Shown: piece after piece, positions 56,158-64,000 of the stretch
How the letters are laid out: the number at the start of each line of letters is the position of its first letter
How positions within the stretch are numbered: the stretch's first letter is position 1
From: the human T2T-CHM13v2.0 reference genome, Homo sapiens
Strand: one strand, 5' to 3'
DNA length: 64,000 nucleotides
NCBI RefSeq assembly: GCF_009914755.1
Contig: NC_060937.1
Made by a program: the position numbers and the translations under genes
Notes under the pieces: generated by a model
Database searches by the model: none
Told to the model about the DNA's origin: nothing
What the model saw: the letters and a program-made list of their open reading frames with translations, nothing else

Positions 56158-57334
56158 AAAAAATTTCCTTTATTTTGCTCTATAATGTGGTTTTGTAAAT
56201 AAGTCTAATTCATTCAAAATTTTTTATTAATTAAATGGAAACAGACATTATTTATGTTATGAGGTCAAATTAGGTTAATGTACAAGAAAATGCTTTATAA
56301 AATCCTTGATAAATGGAAGATACAAACATTAGCTATTTAATGGATATAATTGCAATATAAATGCTTAATAAAATGTGATCAAAATAATAAATATTAAATA
56401 TTTACCTAAGTTGAAATTTGTACCTAGTTATTTTTTAACAAACATTTAACTAGAATGTGTAAGTTATTGAAATAAGCATAGGGGATACAAGGCTACAATG
56501 TCTCTGCTTATAAAATATCTCCAATTTACTAAACAACTACTGTTATTTTCTTTTTTGTTATGCCTTTTTAAAAGTACTCCATTACATTTCAAGAATGAAA
56601 ACATCTAAACATCTTGGGCACTCAATGAGGCAAAGCACGTTATGTCTGTGTTATGGGTGTGTTGAACACATCTGGCAGCAAAACCATTAAATTCATATAT
56701 AGCCTCTGAAACAAACCATGATAATTAGTCTGCACATGATTGCCTATTGTATGTTATTTATGGATTTTTTTATTAAGGAAATTTACATTTCTGAGTTGTT
56801 TTACTAAAAGTTCTATCTGGGTTTTATCTGGGTTAGACTTATATATTAAGTAAATATAGACTGATTATCACCAAATTAAAAATTGTATTCTCACTTATCG
56901 CCTTTTTACTGAATAAATATTGTGCTGAGAAAGTGGATATGATGTAACTAGCTACAGCCATTAGGTATTGCACAACATAAAGAAATAAATGGCTCATGCT
57001 TGTCAAATACTGACTTGTGGAATGTAGAATGTTCTGATGTTGTTTTAGACAGATATAGATTACTTTTATCTTCAAATTTTATACTTTAGCAAATTAAAAT
57101 TACACCTACTCAACCTCATCATGCCAGCAGAAAATCATTATTATTAGCATATTTGTTGGTTAAAAATATCTGATTCTGGAGCTTAATATAACATATTCTT
57201 GATATTTAACAATAACTTTTTGATATTAGATTTTAAGACTTTTATCATTACAAATACAATATGACTTTTTAAATGCACTACTTCCATTTTCCTATTTTGT
57301 GGCTCAAAAATTGTATGTGCAAATACTCAACTCT

Positions 57335-57555
57335 TATAAAACTGACCTATGTCAGTGCTATGTACACACTGGATATTTCTTTGTTCTGGGAAGCTGTAGC
57401 ATACATTCAGCACCACTCCTGCTTCCTCCCCATTAGAGGTCAGTAACACTAATACCAGTTGCCCTCTTACGGTGTGACATCCACTAATATTGCAACATAT
57501 TGAAATTGTCAAATATGCACTAGGGGAGAAAATCACCCCTGGTTGAGAACCACTG
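57335..57555 (-). mobile_element. MER20 DNA transposon
   Basis: Ends aaaatcacccctggttgagaaccactg; internal gtgtgaca...aaat. Confidence 0.8.
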
Positions 57556-58142
57556 AGTTGGATTGTATACTTGATCTTCCCTCAATGTCACAGGTCAATG
57601 ACAGTAGATCTTTTCTCGGGAGCACTATTCAGATATTGTGTATTTGCATAAGTACTGGGAGATACTGGAGTTTCAAAAGGCAAAACTGGAGTTATAATCC
57701 CACAGGCACGCACAATTGAGTTAACAGCTGACTGAAGCCAATATAACATTGTTAAGGGGAAGAATCAGGGTTTGGACTTTAACCCAAGTTAGGAGACCAT
57801 GCACATCAAACACTATATCTCACTGCCTCTTCACCTGGTCAGTGCATAAATACACAACCTAACACAGTTTTCTTTGTTCTTTTTCATTGCAATTGGATCT
57901 TAGCTATCCAGTTATTTCTTCACATATAATGTTGTCAATACCCCAGCCACTGAGTTAAAACTGACCCAGAATATCATTTACTCTCACCCTGTTATTTGCT
58001 TCTACTTAGTCTCCTTTATATAGTCTTTTTCTATGTATGTTCTTGTCTTAAATATCATATTATTATATTATTATATTTCACTTCCTATACCAAGACTGAC
58101 CAATTTGCAAAAGAATGGAATCGAAATTCACATATATATATA

Positions 58143-58440
58143 ATTTTTATTTATTTTTGAGACAGTGCCTCGCTCTGTCACCCAGACTTGACTGCATTGG
58201 CCCAAGCAAGGCTCACAGTAGCCTCTAACTTCTGGGCTTAAGGGATCCTCCCATCTCAGCCTCCCAAGCATCTGGTTCTATAGGCGTGCACTGCCGTGCA
58301 TGGCTAATTTCCTAATATTTTGTAGAGACAGGGTCTCACCATCTTGCCCAAGCTGCTCTCAGACTCCTGAACTCAAGTGATCCGCCTGCCTCAGCCTCCC
58401 AAAGTTCTGAGATTACAGGCATTAGCCACTGTGCCTGGCC
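58143..58440 (-). mobile_element. AluJ element
   Basis: J-type gctcacagtagcctctaacttctgggcttaagggatcctccc; TSD cacatatat (58129-58137, 58441-58449). Confidence 0.92.
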
Positions 58441-59277
58441 CACATATATTTTTTGAGAATAAAATGTGTGTATATTAAATTCTGATTTAAAACAAATTTA
58501 AAAATAAACAGATTCAGAAAGAAAAAAGATGAAGTTAAAATATAAAACCTTCATGGTAACAAATATAAATTGTATTTCTTTGAGGATAGATTATCTTCTC
58601 CATAAATCATTACATTTTGAAAATAAAACTAAAAAATATTTCTTATTTCTGGACTTCATCATTTTTCACCTTCCCTCCTCTTTGCTGTCATTATTTTTCT
58701 ATTTTTGCCTTATTTTTTATTGCTAAACTGGGAAAAACAAAAGATTTTTCAACTTAAAAGGCAAATTTCTATCAGTTTAATTTTTCTTTTGATTAAAGTC
58801 AATAGAAAAAGCTTCTGTCACAAAATGCAAAGCTTCTTTCTTAGCTAATTAGCTAGTACGTTTTTTCTTTAAAAAAATCTGTCATAGTAGGTATCTTCTT
58901 GAATGAACTTTAGATGTTAACAACAATGAAAGCCCTTTTATTATTGGAAAAATAAAATTGGAAATAAGCCATCTGTTCCACCTTCTGTTACTGGAGCTGT
59001 CCCCTAATAGAATGTCTGTAGCATATTTTCAGAACGGCAGGGGAAAGAGGTGACTAATAGACAAATGTGTTTGTTAATGTAATTCTTAGCAATTTAGAAA
59101 TACATAAAATTAAAGTGGGAATAAATATTAATTAGATCAACTTTTAAATGACTCTCAGAGTAGCTCATATTCCTAACCTTCAAATCAATATTTTGCAAAG
59201 GAATGCTTATTTTAATATCATGTACCATCATCTATGAAACACTTAATTAACGTTAACAAAATCTTTCAATAACCCAA

Positions 59278-59600
<323 letters not shown>

Positions 59601-59757
59601 CCAAGGCATTTAAGAGTATAACTGAGTATATAAATGTGTGGATTGATCATTTGGTGGTGGTGGTGGTGGTTGTTTCCAATCTCTTCTAAATATTGTCCTG
59701 TCATTCTGGACATATATAAAAACGAAATAGAAATAAAAACAAGAAAAAGTGAATTTA

Positions 59758-60108
<351 letters not shown>

Positions 60109-60213
60109 CTACAAATTAAATGAAAAAATACCTTACAGAGTTGTTTGGATGTTAAAGCAGTATAAAATACATGGATTTTTCTCATTAGCAGTAAACAACA
60201 ATATAATCAGAAA

Positions 60214-60528
60214 TTTTTTTGAGGAGGGGAGAGAGAGGGGGGACAGTGTCTGGCTCTGTTGCCCAGGCTGGAGTGCAGTGCAGTGACACCATGTCGGCTC
60301 ACAGCAACCTCTGCCTCCCAGGTTCAAGTGATTCTCCTGCCTCAGCCTCCTGAGTAGCTGGGATCATAGGCATGCATCACCATACCTGGCTATTTTTTGT
60401 ATTTTTAGCAGAGATTGGGTTTTGCCATTTAGGCCAGGTTGGTCTCGAACCTCTGACCTCAGGTGATCCTCCTGCCTGGGCCTCCTAAAGGGCTGGGATT
60501 ACAGGCATGAGCCACCGTGTGCTCAGCC
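60214..60528 (-). mobile_element. AluS element with G/A-rich insertion near its 3' end
   Basis: ctctgttgcccaggctggagtgcagtg...gagccaccgtgtgctcagcc. Confidence 0.93.
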
Positions 60529-61204
60529 TGGAGGAAATATTTTTAAAGTGGTTGTTTTTTATGGTAGTCGTATATTATGAAATGAATTTTTGTTTGTTAT
60601 AGAATACATATAATAAGTATCTATCTGTTAAACATATTTTTAAGGCATGAGCATGCCCCATTTTCTAAAGACAAATAATCTCTTTTAAGGGATACAAACA
60701 TTTTTTACAGTGTTACAAATATTTTAATAAATTATTATCTGTTCTAAAGCAGAAGAGCTATGCTACATGTTTATGACTTGGTAAATAAGACTGGTATATA
60801 AGACTTATTCCATGATGCATATATATGTTTTGGGTAATTACTAAAATACAATTGTAATTATCTACTCTCTGTTCACATAAAAAATTGACCTTCCTTAAGA
60901 AGAAGTTACAAGTTATGTCACTTTATTTCAAAGTAACTACACCATAGAGAGTCTGTCTTTAAATCAAATGAGGTTTCAGGATGTCCAGTGTCACAAGATA
61001 GAAAGTAGAGAGATTGATTAGTAAACCTAGGCCCTTCCAGTTCCTGAAGATACTCTGACATGCTGCCTTCTCTGCAATGCACTCCCAGCACAGAACACAT
61101 CACTTGAAAAGCTTGTATTGTAGGATGAATTCTTATTAAATTTTATCCTGGGAACACACTGCTCATACATAGCACTCTTAACTTGGAAAGATCATGATTG
61201 TTTA

Positions 61205-61235
61205 TAATTGCTGTTTTTGCCATTAAAAGTAATGG
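61205..61235. mobile_element. MADE1 (Hsmar1-derived MITE) fragment
   Basis: taattgctgtttttgccattaaaagtaatgg matches one MADE1 arm and its spacer. Confidence 0.7.
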
Positions 61236-62239
61236 GTACCAAGTGGTATATAGAGGAATTTTTAAAAGAAAACTGAAGGAGTCATAGAATTACATATTCT
61301 TTAAAAAGAACAGTTACCTCAATACTTACTATTAATAAAGGCAATTCAAATTTTAGCACACTTCATAGGGTATTTATAAGAAACAACTTAGGGTCTGATA
61401 TTCATATTTTGTAGAAGAAAACAAGGCTATAAAAATATTTGAAAAACTAATTTGCAATGTTATTAAGGGAGAGAATAAGAATTCTAATGTTACTATTTTG
61501 CATACAAACCTGATGTTTGTTCCAGTATACTAGAGGAAAAATGGCTGTTTGAAATGACAGGCCAGTTAATAAGAATGAAAAGTTGATAGGAAAGAAAATT
61601 AGATTCATGCTAGATTTTTATGGGTAACATCCAATATACAATAAAATTTTTATTTTGTTTAAATTGATGTTTCACTAACAATTTTTAAATTATATTTAGG
61701 AGGGATGGGTTAAGATATTGCCTGGATTTGAACTTAATTTATCTATATAAAAGATGAAAAATTATCTGCATTATTTTCAGCGTCAAAGATAATGTGAGCT
61801 CAATATAAAGTACCTTACCCAAAAATCTGTAAAATAATTCTGCCTTCCATATATGCTACTGCCTCTCTTTAATGAAGTATTGGAAACCTCTTGTTTTCTA
61901 TAAATTTAAATTTGTCAAGGTAACAATTTTATCCCTGAGGTTATTTTTGTATTCTCCTTCTATTCTTAAAAGATACATTTTTTTTTTTTTCTCTCCACCA
62001 TTCCCTGTGTCCTTTCTTGGTTGTTATAATAATTCAAGCACTGGTATAAGGACATGAGCTAAGAGTGTGAGCATGGTGAAATTACTCTCTATGTAATGCA
62101 CAATTCAGTCTATTTGATCATGAAAAACAATATGGAATAGAAACCCCATGCTGTCAGTCTCCACCACTCCTCATGTCACTTTTCTGTTTGCTGTCTGAAC
62201 TATGGTGATGAATGGTAGCTAGAGACTTGAGGTATTATT

Positions 62240-63430
62240 AATTTTCTCTACAGTTTTCTATTTTCTTTGTCATTTATTTCTGCTCTAATCTTTATTATTT
62301 AACTTATTCTACTTATTCTGTTTAGTTTGGTCTTATTTTTTCATTGTCCTAGGCAGAAGTTATTGCTATTGATTTGAGGTATTTTTGATTGATATGTGTT
62401 TATAGCTATCAACTTTTCTCTGAACAACGTATTAGCTTCCACTTATAAGTTTGAGTATATTGTCTTTTTGTTTTAGTTAACATCAAAGTATTTTCCATTT
62501 CCTCTTCTGATTTTCTTTATCCAGTAGTTATTCAGTAGTAGGTTGTGTTTAATTGTCACATATTTTTGAGTTTCCCAAATTTATTTTTGTTATTAATTCA
62601 AATTTTATTTCATTGTGGTTAAAGAGCATGCTTTACATAATTTTCATTATTTTAAATTTATTGAGGTGTGTTTTATGGCCTAGTGTATGGTCTGCTTATG
62701 AGAATATTCCATATGCACATCAGAAAAAAAGCCATTAATCTGTTTTGGGATACTGTTCTACAAATATTTTTAGATGTAGTTGATTCATAGTATTATTCAA
62801 ATGTCTTATCTTCTTGTTGATCTCTGTTTAGTTGATCTATCTATTACTGAAAATTGAGTATAGACATCACCAGCAGTTATTGTTGAATTGGATATTTCCA
62901 CCACCAATTAATTCTGTCAGGTTTTGCTTCATGTATTTGCGGGGATTGTGTTGTTAAGAACATATATGTTTATCATTGTTACGTCTTTTTAATGGATTGA
63001 TTCTTTAATTATTCTAAAATATCTTTGTTTATATTTCCATTCACCTTTTTTAAAGTTTATTTTGTTTGGCATTAGTGTAGTTACTCTAACATTTTTATTG
63101 TTACAGTTTGCCTCATACATCCTTTTTTCCATCTTAATTATTTAACCATTTGTATCTGTGAATATAGAATGTGTTTCTTGTATACATCATGTTGAATCTT
63201 TTTAAAAATTTATTTTACAATCTCTGCCTTTTAACTGTATTTTTAAATTCATTCCCATTTAATATTTCAATGGATATCATTTAAAACATATGCCATTTTA
63301 TGTTTTGTTTTCTATCTCATCTATTCATTTTTATTCCTCAATTGCTCCTTTACTGCATCCTCTTGAACTCAGTGAATTTTCTTGTGTATCATTTAATTTA
63401 TTTAATTGCTATTTTTGCTATTGTGGGGGT
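62240..63430 (-). mobile_element. Old L1M ORF2 (EN region)
   Basis: ctgctctaatctttattatt, gttttatggcctagtgtatggtct, ttttgcttcatgtattt. Confidence 0.78.
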
Positions 63431-63437
63431 TATATTA

Positions 63438-63640
63438 TTTTTAAAACATTTTATTAATATATGATTGACATACAAAAAGCTTTTTGTATTTAATGTATCA
63501 TTAAATATATTTTAAAGGCTCATAAGTTTATGAGTTTGTAGATAAGTACATATCTGTGAAACCACTATTAAAATCTATTCTAAAAACATATCCATCACCT
63601 TCAAAAGTTCCCTTTCATCCTTCTTATTTTTATTTTGAGG
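63438..63640 (-). mobile_element. L1MB-type 3' end
   Basis: gattgacatacaaaaagc...tgtgaaaccact...aacatatccatcacct. Confidence 0.7.
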
Positions 63641-63674
63641 AGGAATTATACTCTTTTTTAAAAATTTTAATTTA

Positions 63675-64000
<326 letters not shown>

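Noticed and set aside
55888-56202. 104-aa F/P/S/L-rich ORF
   Set aside because: Translation of a CT-rich simple repeat.
61205-61235. Possible miR-548-type hairpin from MADE1
   Set aside because: Only one partial arm and the spacer remain, so no long hairpin can form.

Overview
Primate, almost certainly human-type, AT-rich non-genic DNA (gene desert or deep intron). I find no credible protein-coding exon, RNA gene or prokaryotic-type system. The longest supplied ORFs come from Alu, LTR or microsatellite sequence, and the rest show no coding signature. The window is a layered retrotransposon landscape: about 12 Alu or Alu-derived pieces (including an AluY with the 12-bp Yd-lineage deletion), many L1 fragments, a full-length THE1D, solo MaLR/ERV1/ERVL LTRs, L2/MIR, and DNA-transposon fossils (MER44, MER20, MER5, MADE1). 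The most notable pattern is a recurring set of short fold-back palindromes and templated duplications lying at rearrangement junctions or replacing consensus repeat sequence, consistent with snap-back or template-switch repair scars. There are also an Alu-head/L1 fusion, two inverted L1 segments, a candidate non-coding exon and candidate enhancers. Repeat subfamily names come from recalled consensus motifs, not an alignment, and boundaries of old elements are approximate.
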